The notes under the pieces are model-generated. The model was not told the DNA's origin. It worked only from the letters and a program-made list of their open reading frames with translations, and searched no databases. Shown piece after piece: positions 1 through 7,778 of a stretch of 32,000 bases of DNA (its first letter is position 1; every line of letters begins with the position of its first letter). The translations under genes and the position numbers were made by a program. The stretch comes from Planctomycetales bacterium (GTDB lineage Bacteria > 4484-113 > JAFGCY01), in the NCBI GenBank assembly GCA_022646745.1, contig CP060262.1, positions 2,550,001 through 2,582,000 on the forward strand, written 5' to 3'.

Positions 1-384
1 TGGATAGTCAGCGAACGCCTGCCGGAACTGCTGGGAGAGCGGCTGGAACCAGGTGATGTGGCAAAGCGTTATGCGCAGGAGATCGGCCTGCGCCGGCTGG
101 CCCTGCTGCCACCCTTCGGGCTGGTCTACCGCTTTCGCCTGTTTGCGCGGGACTTCACCACGGCCCAGCAGCTCAGGAAGGAGCTTGGCGACGAGCTGAA
201 GGGCATGGATGGCACCAGCGTGCTGCGGCTGGGAAGGCCGGTTGCCCTGTCAGGCTCAGTGCGCCTGAGTGGCTATTTTGTCAATGATGAGCTGGAACCG
301 GATGCCCTACAGCAGTTGCGCTGGCGGCTGTTCGAACGTGGCGGTACCCTGTCCATCCAGCCCGTCCGTGGACCCTGGCACTGA
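1..384 (+). CDS. 3' end of a gene entering from upstream; hypothetical protein
   Basis: Frame 1 is open from nt 1 to TGA 382-384, so the GTG at 58 in the ORF track is probably internal. I recognise no motif. An 18-nt gap to the next same-strand gene suggests co-transcription. Confidence 0.5.
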   Translation, partial: WIVSERLPELLGERLEPGDVAKRYAQEIGLRRLALLPPFGLVYRFRLFARDFTTAQQLRKELGDELKGMDGTSVLRLGRPVALSGSVRLSGYFVNDELEPDALQQLRWRLFERGGTLSIQPVRGPWH

Positions 385-402
385 ACTCGATATAATCAGG
401 GC

Positions 403-1251
403 ATGCGCCTGTTGTGCATCCTCGGCCTGCTAGTGCTGCTCGGCGGTACGTCCGTGCATGCGCAGGACGATGGTGCAGGCTGGATTGACCGGGGCGAGGA
501 GCTTACTGAGGATGCGGTCGAGCAGGCGCAGGGGGACCTGGCTGAACAGGTGTTCGAGACCCACGCCTATGATCCTGAGTACATCCAGCAGGACCTGCGC
601 GGGCTGGTGGACAGGCAGCCGCGACCTGCGGCTGGCGAGGACAGCTCCCAGCTGCTGCGCAGCATCCTCAGCTCGGAGGACTTCCTGCAGAGTGAAGCCC
701 CGGAAACGCAGGCGGATGGGGTGATGCAGAAGGTCTTCAACTGGCTGGACAACACACTCAAGCGCATGAGCCGCAGCCTGGGCCTGAACTTCGCCGGCGG
801 CGGCGTTGTCACCTATGTGCTGGTCGTGCTGGCACTGGCGCTGGTGGCAATGCTGATCCGGCAGTTGATCATGAATGCCGGCCCCCGTTCCGACCGTGGC
901 AGGAAGCGCAATGAGCTGGATCCGGAGCTGGACCCCGAAGTGGACCTCGTGCGGCTGGCTGAACAGCACGCCCGCGATGGGGACTTCCGGCTGGCGACGC
1001 GCTACCGCTTCCTGGCCGTGCTGCGCAGCCTGGACATGCCGGCATCCGCGTTGACAACGAATTCCATGCTCGTACGCCAGGTGCGCCGTGAGCACCCTTC
1101 ACTTCAGGCTGAGTTCAGTGAGCTCGTGCGCTTGTTCGAGGATGCCTGGTACGGCTCGCTCGACTGCGACAGGCCGCATTACAGCGCGGCAGCCAGCCTG
1201 GCAGGCCTGCTGGACCAGCGGATCCGCATCCGCGATGAGGAGCGCAAGTGA
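403..1251 (+). CDS. DUF4129-like membrane protein
   Basis: Signal peptide MRLLCILGLLVLLGGTSVHA, acidic linker and one TM (VVTYVLVVLALALVAMLI). The C-terminal block LAEQHARDGDFRLATRYRFLAVLRSL...LVRLFEDAWYG matches the DUF4129 pattern as I remember it. Its stop overlaps the next gene's start. Confidence 0.65.
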   Translation: MRLLCILGLLVLLGGTSVHAQDDGAGWIDRGEELTEDAVEQAQGDLAEQVFETHAYDPEYIQQDLRGLVDRQPRPAAGEDSSQLLRSILSSEDFLQSEAPETQADGVMQKVFNWLDNTLKRMSRSLGLNFAGGGVVTYVLVVLALALVAMLIRQLIMNAGPRSDRGRKRNELDPELDPEVDLVRLAEQHARDGDFRLATRYRFLAVLRSLDMPASALTTNSMLVRQVRREHPSLQAEFSELVRLFEDAWYGSLDCDRPHYSAAASLAGLLDQRIRIRDEERK

Positions 1252-2540
1252 TGGCAGCGCAGCGTACGGGCAACGACGGACGCTTCGCCCTGCTGGCGAT
1301 CGGGGGCTTCCTGGCGATCGCTGTCTGGCTGGTGCTGCGTGAAAGCAGCACGCAGGCTCCCTACGAGCCGCCCTACAGCACGTTCTCCAGCAATGCGGCG
1401 GGCATCCGCGCGCTGTACGAACTGCTGGAGGATCGTGGCAACGATGTTTCGCGCCACACCCTGACCGAGCATGAGTACCCGAAGGGCAGCTGCGTGGTGA
1501 TCGCCGAGGAGTCGGCACTGAACCCGTTCAAGATGGTGGTCAACCCGCTGGATGTGATGGCGCTGGAACTGCACCTGCAGGATGGCGGCAGCCTGGTGGT
1601 GTTCAGCGATTCCGACCTGGCAATGGTCGACGAGCTGGACAGCCTGCTGGCCGGTGAGGATGGCAACGGTGAGGTCGGGGATGCCGAATCGCCGGCTGTT
1701 GCCAGGCGTGGCAAGGCCGGCCTGCCGGGTGGCAACGGCAACTGGCGCGGCGGGATGGCGGGGCAGGGCTACGAACTGGCCGACAGCCGGCCCCCGCTGC
1801 TGCAGGATGTCGGCAGGATCGAGACCGCATACGGCTGGAGCCAGGCCCTGCTTGCCTTCAGGCCAGTGCTGTCGCTGGAGGAGACATTCGGCAAGCGCGG
1901 CTTCGCGCCGCTGGTGTCCTATGCGCGCTACGGGAATGGCGACATCATCCTCGTCAACCGGCCGGAGATCATCACGAACAGCTGGATTGAACGCGCTGAC
2001 AACCATCGCCTGGCACTGGCCCTGATCGAGGGGACGGCTGCCGGAGCGCCGATCGTGTTCGACGAGCATATCCACGGCTACAACACTGAGCGCATGACGG
2101 CCGGCAGCCTGCTGACCAGCAGCACCGGCGGGCGGCTGACACTGCTGGCTGTGGCCTGCATCGTCGTGATGTACCTCGGGCTGGCCGTGCTGCCGGCGCG
2201 CATCCAGTCGCAGAAGGCCCCGCCCCGGCGCCAGGCGGCGGAGATGGTGCTCGGGCAGGCCAGCCTGTTCCAGCGCGCGGGCTTCATCCGTGGCAGCCTG
2301 CGCCACATCGTCGACGGCCTGAAGCACGAGCTGGTGCGGTCCCACGACTTCCAGGTGCTGCCTTCTGACAGGGAGCTGCTCGACTGGTCCCGCAGCAACA
2401 TGCCGAAGGGCTGGAAGATTGACGGCACGCTCGAGGAATTCCTGCTCGGCGGGACCTTCCCGCCGTCGAAGCTGGCCCTGATGCGGGCTTCCCTGAGCTG
2501 CGACGCAATGCGGATGCAGGCCTGGCAGCGACCGCTCTGA
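1248..2540 (+). CDS. DUF4350-like membrane protein
   Basis: N-terminal TM (FALLAIGGFLAIAVWLVL), the motif GIRALYELLEDRG, and a second TM (LTLLAVACIVVMYLGLAVL) before a C-terminal cytoplasmic domain. DUF4350 is the usual partner of DUF4129. The start is GTG 1248 or ATG 1251; both overlap the upstream TGA (1249-1251). Confidence 0.6.
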   Translation: MMAAQRTGNDGRFALLAIGGFLAIAVWLVLRESSTQAPYEPPYSTFSSNAAGIRALYELLEDRGNDVSRHTLTEHEYPKGSCVVIAEESALNPFKMVVNPLDVMALELHLQDGGSLVVFSDSDLAMVDELDSLLAGEDGNGEVGDAESPAVARRGKAGLPGGNGNWRGGMAGQGYELADSRPPLLQDVGRIETAYGWSQALLAFRPVLSLEETFGKRGFAPLVSYARYGNGDIILVNRPEIITNSWIERADNHRLALALIEGTAAGAPIVFDEHIHGYNTERMTAGSLLTSSTGGRLTLLAVACIVVMYLGLAVLPARIQSQKAPPRRQAAEMVLGQASLFQRAGFIRGSLRHIVDGLKHELVRSHDFQVLPSDRELLDWSRSNMPKGWKIDGTLEEFLLGGTFPPSKLALMRASLSCDAMRMQAWQRPL

Positions 2541-2559
2541 TTGAAGCTACAATTACGCC

Positions 2560-3441
2560 GTGGCCCAGCAGGCATCAAGGAAGCCGGTCTTTCCGCCGGA
2601 AATTGCCCCCTACATCGACGTCGGAGCATACCTCGTCGACTCGCGTGCGGCTGCAGCCACCCTGTATCTCGACCCGCTGCTGAAGGGCAAGGAGCTGATC
2701 CTGCTGACCCGTTCGAAGCAGTCAGACGGACAGGTAACGCGGCGTTGGAAGGCATTCTTCGAGGACTGCGGCTACCACACGATCGCGATCGACTCCATCA
2801 GCGGCGACGGGCTGGAAGAAGTGCTGGACTACCTCGCAAAGCTGCTGCAGCGCAAGCTGAAGGTTGCGAAGAAGCTCGGCATCAACAACGCCACCCTGCG
2901 GGTGGTGGCCCTCGGCGTACCGAATGTGGGCAAGAGCACCTTCCTCAACCGGCTGATCGGGCAGAAGCGCCTGAAGACCGGCGACATTCCGGGGATCACC
3001 CGTGGCCGCCAGTGGGTGCGGCTGTTCGATGACGTTGAGGTACTGGACACGGCGGGAGTACTGCGCGACCCGGAACAGATCAACCGGCGCAAGCCCTACT
3101 GGATGCTCCTGAACCTGATGCCCTACGACTTCAAGCTCCGGGAAGAGACCGTGGACCTGCTGCGTAATACGCTCAACAAACAGGCCTGGCTGAAGCTCAG
3201 GCGCTACTACAAGATGCCGGATGAGATTCCCGCTCCACAGGACTGGTTTGAGATGCTGGAGATCGTCGGGCGTTACGGCGGATACACGCTCAAGAACGAC
3301 GACCTGGTGGACAAGGCCGCCCGGCGGCTGATGAAGGACTTCCGCATGGGGCGCTTCGGCAGGATCTCGCTGGAAGTCCCGGAAACGGCTGTGATCACCT
3401 CGCCGTTCCTGAAGCGGCCCGGGGCGGAAGAGCAGGAATAA
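2560..3441 (+). CDS. rbgA: Ribosome biogenesis GTPase A (RbgA/YlqF-like, circularly permuted GTPase)
   Basis: G1 GVPNVGKST, G2 PGITR and G3 DTAG lie after the region that normally carries G4. RRWKAFFEDCG and the C-terminal RMGRFGRISLE align from memory with B. subtilis RbgA (QQWKEHFENQG, TEKFGRLSFE). GTG start. Confidence 0.8.
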   Translation: MAQQASRKPVFPPEIAPYIDVGAYLVDSRAAAATLYLDPLLKGKELILLTRSKQSDGQVTRRWKAFFEDCGYHTIAIDSISGDGLEEVLDYLAKLLQRKLKVAKKLGINNATLRVVALGVPNVGKSTFLNRLIGQKRLKTGDIPGITRGRQWVRLFDDVEVLDTAGVLRDPEQINRRKPYWMLLNLMPYDFKLREETVDLLRNTLNKQAWLKLRRYYKMPDEIPAPQDWFEMLEIVGRYGGYTLKNDDLVDKAARRLMKDFRMGRFGRISLEVPETAVITSPFLKRPGAEEQE

Positions 3442-3633
3442 CAGGCGGTCTTGTAACCGAAGCAGGATGCGTCCGTCTTGTTCTGTGGTGATTGGAATGC
3501 GTCGTGCCGATGGACCCCTTCAGAACAGTGCAGCAGTGCATCCAGACTGGTTTGATTGGAATGTGCTGCGGGTAGAACAGAAGGTGGGAACTACAACAAG
3601 GCATTTTCAGGAATTTCCACAGGCGCCTGTAAC

Positions 3634-3662
3634 ATTTCCAATAACTAATTAATCTGGTAAAA
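3634..3662 (+). promoter_or_regulatory. Candidate sigma70 promoter with extended -10 for gspF/pilC
   Basis: TTTCCA (3634-3639), a 17-nt spacer containing TG (3654-3655), then TAAAAT (3657-3662). It sits in an AT-rich 285-nt spacer about 65 nt upstream of ATG 3727. Confidence 0.35.
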
Positions 3663-3726
3663 TGCTGGTCGCACTGTATTAAATATAGAGTGCCCCCAAC
3701 CCAGCTACCGGAGACCGGGACAAGAT

Positions 3727-4944
3727 ATGAAGACATTCGTTTATACGGCAAAGGACAGCGCAGGAAAGGTTATCCACTCCCAGGTGGAAGCCGACAATCC
3801 GAAGTCCGTGGTCGAAGCACTCCGCCAGGAGGGATTCTTCGTTACCCGGATCGTGGAAAAGCGCCGCGCCTTCAACCCGTTCGTCTTCATCGAGCGCCTG
3901 TTCAAGGTGGGCCTCAAGGAGCTCACCATCTTCTCCCGTCAGTTCGCCCTGCTGCTGAATGCAGGCCTGACCCTGTCAGAGGCGATTGACACCATCGAGG
4001 AACAGACCCAGAACAACAGTTTCCGGGAGATCCTGCACCGCGTGAAGCTGGACATCCAGTCCGGTACAACCCTCGCTTCTTCCATGCAGAAGCAGCCCCG
4101 TGCATTCTCCCTGTTCTTCGTGAGCATGGTGCATGCCGGTGAGATCGGTGGTGCCCTGGACTCCATACTTGAGCGCGTTGCCCAGTTCTACGAGAACGAG
4201 CTTGAGCTGAAGAACAAGGTCAAGAGCGCGATGGTGTACCCGATCACGGTCACAGTGTTCGCCCTTGGCATCAGCCTCTTCATGCTGATGTACATCGTGC
4301 CGCAGTTCGCGGCATTCTACTCCGACTTCTCCGGTGGTTCAGCCCGCCTGCCGGCGCTGACCCGCAAGATGATGGAGCTGTCCGACTGGCTGCTTGAGCA
4401 CTGGCCGTGGCTGCTGCTGATCCCCGTCGCGATCATCCTGTTCGTCAAGTTCAGGAACTCCAAGTGGGGCCACATCCTGCTGGATCCGATCGTGCTGCGC
4501 ATCCCGATCTTCGGACCCCTGGCCCGCAAGGTCGCCATCACCCGCTTCACCCGTACCTTCGGTACCCTGACCCAGTCCGGCGTGCCGATCCTTGAGGCCC
4601 TTGAGGTCTCCAAGAACACAGCAAGCAACAACGTCATCAAGCGGGCCATCGAATACACCCGTGAGCGCATCCGTGAAGGTGAGACCATCCACGGACCGAT
4701 GAAGCGCACCAAGGTGTTCCCTCCGCTTGTGACCAACCTGATCAGCGTCGGCGAGGAAGCCGGTAACCTTGAGGAAATCCTCTTCAAGATCTCCGACTAC
4801 TACGATGCTGAGATTGACGCTACGATCCGTGCGCTGGCCTCCCTGATTGAGCCGCTCATGATCGTGGTGATCGGTGGAATCGTGGGTGTGATCGTGGTGT
4901 CCCTGTACCTCCCGATCTTCAACCTCGTGAACATCATCCAGTAA
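3727..4944 (+). CDS. Type II secretion / type IV pilus inner-membrane platform protein (GspF/PilC family)
   Basis: 405 aa with the duplicated T2SS-F architecture: two cytoplasmic helical domains (FSRQFALLLNAGLTLSEAI... and FTRTFGTLTQSGVPILEAL...) alternating with TM segments. The C-terminal LIEPLMIVVIGGIVGVIVVSLYLPIF is typical of GspF/PilC. Confidence 0.9.
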   Translation: MKTFVYTAKDSAGKVIHSQVEADNPKSVVEALRQEGFFVTRIVEKRRAFNPFVFIERLFKVGLKELTIFSRQFALLLNAGLTLSEAIDTIEEQTQNNSFREILHRVKLDIQSGTTLASSMQKQPRAFSLFFVSMVHAGEIGGALDSILERVAQFYENELELKNKVKSAMVYPITVTVFALGISLFMLMYIVPQFAAFYSDFSGGSARLPALTRKMMELSDWLLEHWPWLLLIPVAIILFVKFRNSKWGHILLDPIVLRIPIFGPLARKVAITRFTRTFGTLTQSGVPILEALEVSKNTASNNVIKRAIEYTRERIREGETIHGPMKRTKVFPPLVTNLISVGEEAGNLEEILFKISDYYDAEIDATIRALASLIEPLMIVVIGGIVGVIVVSLYLPIFNLVNIIQ

Positions 4945-5040
4945 GAGAGTTAATAAAGAAGCCGGCGGGCATGTCCCGCAGGTGCCTGGACCGAGAGGAA
5001 GGCAATTGGAGCGATTCTCCCATTGGGTTCCCCCGGTCAT

Positions 5041-5058
5041 CGCCGAAGTTTTTCGGCG
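5041..5058 (+). other. Stem-loop in the gspF-pilin spacer
   Basis: CGCCGAA (5041-5047), loop GTTT, TTCGGCG (5052-5058): a perfect 7-bp stem with no following U-tract. Function unknown; possibly mRNA processing, mRNA stability or partial termination. Confidence 0.3.
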
Positions 5059-5158
5059 GAGTACATTACAAATTTGGTTGTAGACCCGATCCAACCGATC
5101 CCATACGGTGGGTGGGGAAAACGACAGTACTGTCAAATTTACCAGAAGGAGGCTGATA

Positions 5159-6298
5159 GTGATCAACAGAACTAATGCCAAGGGCTTTACTCTTATTGAG
5201 CTCCTGGTCGTCATCGTCATTATTGGTATTCTTGCCGCTATCGCCCTGCCTAACTACATCAAGGTTAAGGACAAAGCGAAGGAAGCTGAGGTCAAGGCTA
5301 ACCTCCACAACATCCAGCTCTCTGTCGAGCGTTGGGCTGTGGACAGTGAGGGTCCGTACCCGAACTACCTTATCGGTGGTGAGCCCAAGTACGCCGCTCA
5401 GGTGATTGAGTCCGCTTCCGCGGGCGCCTTCAACCAGATCACTGAGATCGACCCGACCGAGCGTGCCAGCGATCCGCTGCTTCGTCGCGGCTACATCGAT
5501 GCTTATCCGAAGAACCCGTTCACCACGAACGGTGTTGCGATCCACCGCGTGCAGGAGACCCTGCCCACCAGCGCCGTGAACTCCAGCGATCCGCTGCGTA
5601 ACGGCCAGGGCAACCCGGGCGAGGACTACGGTACCCGCTTCGGTCCTTACTGCACCAGCATGGGTGTCGTTCTGGCGGATCCCCGCTACACCCAGTGGGT
5701 CTACTTCGATATCGACGGTGGTACCCGTAATGTCGAAAACACCTACGCGAACATCGAGTACAACTTCTGGGATATGTGGGAGGGCAACAAGCCGTTCCCG
5801 TACCTTCCCGGCATGTTCTTCTACAAGTCCGTCGGCCCGATCATTGCGGTCGGTAACGAGGACGCTGCTTCCGAGCCCATCCTTCCCACCCAGTCCGATC
5901 AGTACATGCTCGGCGGTTACGGTTCCATCCGTACCAAGGGTAAGGACATCCTCGGCCCCGAAGAGCAGATCGTGTACTTCCAGCGTTCCGATGCGGGCAG
6001 CAGCAACTGGCTGGCTGACGCTACCGAGCCCAGCTTCGGTACCACCGGTCCGCTTCAGGGCGGCCCCGGCGGCGGTCCTGGTGATGTCGGCGCGGGTGGC
6101 AACACCGGCAAGACCGAGCTTCGCATCTGGCCCTGGACCCGCTCCCAGACCAGCCCGGACGAGTACGAGGGTTCTTCCTTCGGTCCGGCCAGCGTCGGCG
6201 ATTCCAACGACCAGCTGCAGTACGGCAAGCCGAACGGCGTGCGTGATGCCATCATCCTGGTCCTCACCGCTGGTGAAGACTACGACGGCGACCGCTAA
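5159..6298 (+). CDS. Large prepilin-type (type IV pilin / pseudopilin-like) protein, 379 aa
   Basis: AAGGAGG (5146-5152) lies 6 nt before the in-frame GTG 5159. MINRTNAKG/FTLIELLVVIVIIGILAAIALPNY is a class III signal peptide with G-1, F+1 and E+5. A long C-terminal domain carries the Gly-rich stretch GGPGGGPGDVGAGGNTG. The ORF-track start at 5108 adds an implausible 17-aa extension. Confidence 0.85.
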   Translation: MINRTNAKGFTLIELLVVIVIIGILAAIALPNYIKVKDKAKEAEVKANLHNIQLSVERWAVDSEGPYPNYLIGGEPKYAAQVIESASAGAFNQITEIDPTERASDPLLRRGYIDAYPKNPFTTNGVAIHRVQETLPTSAVNSSDPLRNGQGNPGEDYGTRFGPYCTSMGVVLADPRYTQWVYFDIDGGTRNVENTYANIEYNFWDMWEGNKPFPYLPGMFFYKSVGPIIAVGNEDAASEPILPTQSDQYMLGGYGSIRTKGKDILGPEEQIVYFQRSDAGSSNWLADATEPSFGTTGPLQGGPGGGPGDVGAGGNTGKTELRIWPWTRSQTSPDEYEGSSFGPASVGDSNDQLQYGKPNGVRDAIILVLTAGEDYDGDR

Positions 6299-6333
6299 GC
6301 CGGTTACGGTTACTTCCTAATCAGAAGTACGGG

Positions 6334-6364
6334 CGCCCCTCCCACGGGAGGGGCGTTTTTTTTT
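6334..6364 (+). terminator. Rho-independent terminator after the pilin gene
   Basis: CGCCCCTCC (6334-6342), loop CACG, GGAGGGGCG (6347-6355), followed by nine T (6356-6364). It starts 36 nt after TAA 6296-6298. Confidence 0.9.
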
Positions 6365-6413
6365 GCCAGGTTGCCTGACTTAAGCCGCCTGCTGCTAACT
6401 TGTTGGCAGCGCC

Positions 6414-7778
6414 GTGCCGCCTGGCTGGCGAATTGCGGCATTGAGAGGTAAGCACATCAAGTCACTGCTGGTCAGCATCTGGGACAGGGTCCGCTTCAGC
6501 TTCTGGTTCACTCCGGGCCTGATGGCACTTGGCAGCATCCTGTTATCCGTTGGGGCAATCTATGCCGACACCAAGCTGCTGGACGAGTACATGCTCGGCA
6601 TCGTCGGCCACTGGCTGTACAGTGGCAGCGCGGAGGGGGCAAGCTCCGTCCTGACGACGATCGCTTCCTCGATGATCACGATCGCCGGCGTGGTGTTCTC
6701 CATGACGCTGGTGGCCCTGACACTGGCCTCCTCCCAGTTCGGCCCGCGCCTGCTGCGCAACTACATGGGCGACCGCTCCAACCAGGTCGTGCTCGGCACC
6801 TTCATTGCCACCTTCCTGTACTGCCTGCTGATCCTGCGCACCATCCGCCACGAACCGGATGACCCCTTCGTACCGCACCTGTCCGTTACACTCGGCGTGC
6901 TGCTGGCGATCATTGACGTCGGCGTGCTGATCCACTTCATCCACCATGTGGCATTGTCAGTGCAGGGCGACACCATCATCGCGCGCATCGGACGGGAGCT
7001 GAACCTGGCGGTGGAGCGGCTGGTACCGGATGAGCATGCGGATGATGAGGCCGCCAACGGTGATGACGACGCTGACCCCAGGCCTGACGAGTACTCTCAC
7101 CATGTGAGCTGCAATGCGGATGGCTACCTGCAGTACGTGGATGTTGACAGTCTGAAGCAGCTGGCGGCCGACAACAAGGCCCGCATCCGGCTGGCCCTGC
7201 GCCCGGGCCAGTTCCTGGCGCGCGGTGCCCGGCTGGCATCTCTGGAATGTGAGCAGGATGCTGTTGAGGTACTGTCACGGGGAGTACATTCCGCCGTCTC
7301 GCTCGGTTACCAGCCCACATCCTCGCAGGATGTGGAATTCGGCATCCGCCAGCTTGTCGAAGTGGCCCTGCGGGCGCTGTCCCCCGGTGTCAATGAACCG
7401 TTCACGGCGGTGTTCTGCCTGGACAGGCTGGGCGGGGCACTGTGCCGGCTGGAGGACCGCAGCCTGCCGCGCGAGCGGCTGTACCATGTTGACGACGAGC
7501 TGCGGCTGGTGATCCCGGCGATCGGCTATGCTGAATTCGTCAGCCTGGCATTCGATGAGATCCGCGGCAACCTACGCGGGGGACAGCGCGTAACGCTGCA
7601 TATGCTGGAAACACTGGCGATGGTGCATTCCGTGACCAGCCGCCGGAGCCGCCGGCGTTGCCTCAATGACCAGGCTTCGCTTGTGCTGGAGAGTGCCCGC
7701 AGGGACATCACGGATGCCAATGACCTGCAGGAAGTTGAGCAGCGTTTCAGTGAGCTGTTCCCTGACGCAGGCAGCTAA
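6414..7778 (+). CDS. DUF2254-like membrane protein
   Basis: The N-terminal SFWFTPGLMALGSILLSVGAIYAD and about four TM segments are followed by a roughly 270-aa soluble C-terminal domain, matching my recollection of DUF2254. GTG start, uncertain. Confidence 0.6.
   Translation: MPPGWRIAALRGKHIKSLLVSIWDRVRFSFWFTPGLMALGSILLSVGAIYADTKLLDEYMLGIVGHWLYSGSAEGASSVLTTIASSMITIAGVVFSMTLVALTLASSQFGPRLLRNYMGDRSNQVVLGTFIATFLYCLLILRTIRHEPDDPFVPHLSVTLGVLLAIIDVGVLIHFIHHVALSVQGDTIIARIGRELNLAVERLVPDEHADDEAANGDDDADPRPDEYSHHVSCNADGYLQYVDVDSLKQLAADNKARIRLALRPGQFLARGARLASLECEQDAVEVLSRGVHSAVSLGYQPTSSQDVEFGIRQLVEVALRALSPGVNEPFTAVFCLDRLGGALCRLEDRSLPRERLYHVDDELRLVIPAIGYAEFVSLAFDEIRGNLRGGQRVTLHMLETLAMVHSVTSRRSRRRCLNDQASLVLESARRDITDANDLQEVEQRFSELFPDAGS

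Noticed and set aside
3467-3652. A 61-aa ORF inside the rbgA-gspF spacer
   Set aside because: It has no convincing SD and no recognisable motif. It lies in an AT-rich region that looks regulatory and overlaps the candidate promoter. I treat it as non-coding.
4971-5156. A 61-aa ORF in the gspF-pilin spacer
   Set aside because: It has no SD and an unremarkable composition, and it runs through the hairpin and into the pilin SD. It is probably the pilin 5' UTR or promoter region.
5108-5158. The ORF-track start of the pilin at GTG 5108
   Set aside because: It would give a 26-residue leader before the G/F cleavage site. GTG 5159 with AAGGAGG 6 nt upstream gives a normal short basic prepilin leader.
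4945-5158. Search for a sigma54 (TGGCAC-N5-TTGC) promoter upstream of the pilin, as is common for type IV pilins
   Set aside because: The nearest candidates (TGGACCGAGAGGAAGGC, TGGAGCGATTCTCCCA) lack the -12 GC element, so nothing is supportable.
7775-7778. Overlapping convergent stop codons of the DUF2254 gene and the protease-like gene (and similarly at 28957-28963)
   Set aside because: This is a real feature of the sequence, but it is a common consequence of tight gene packing and has no evident regulatory meaning.
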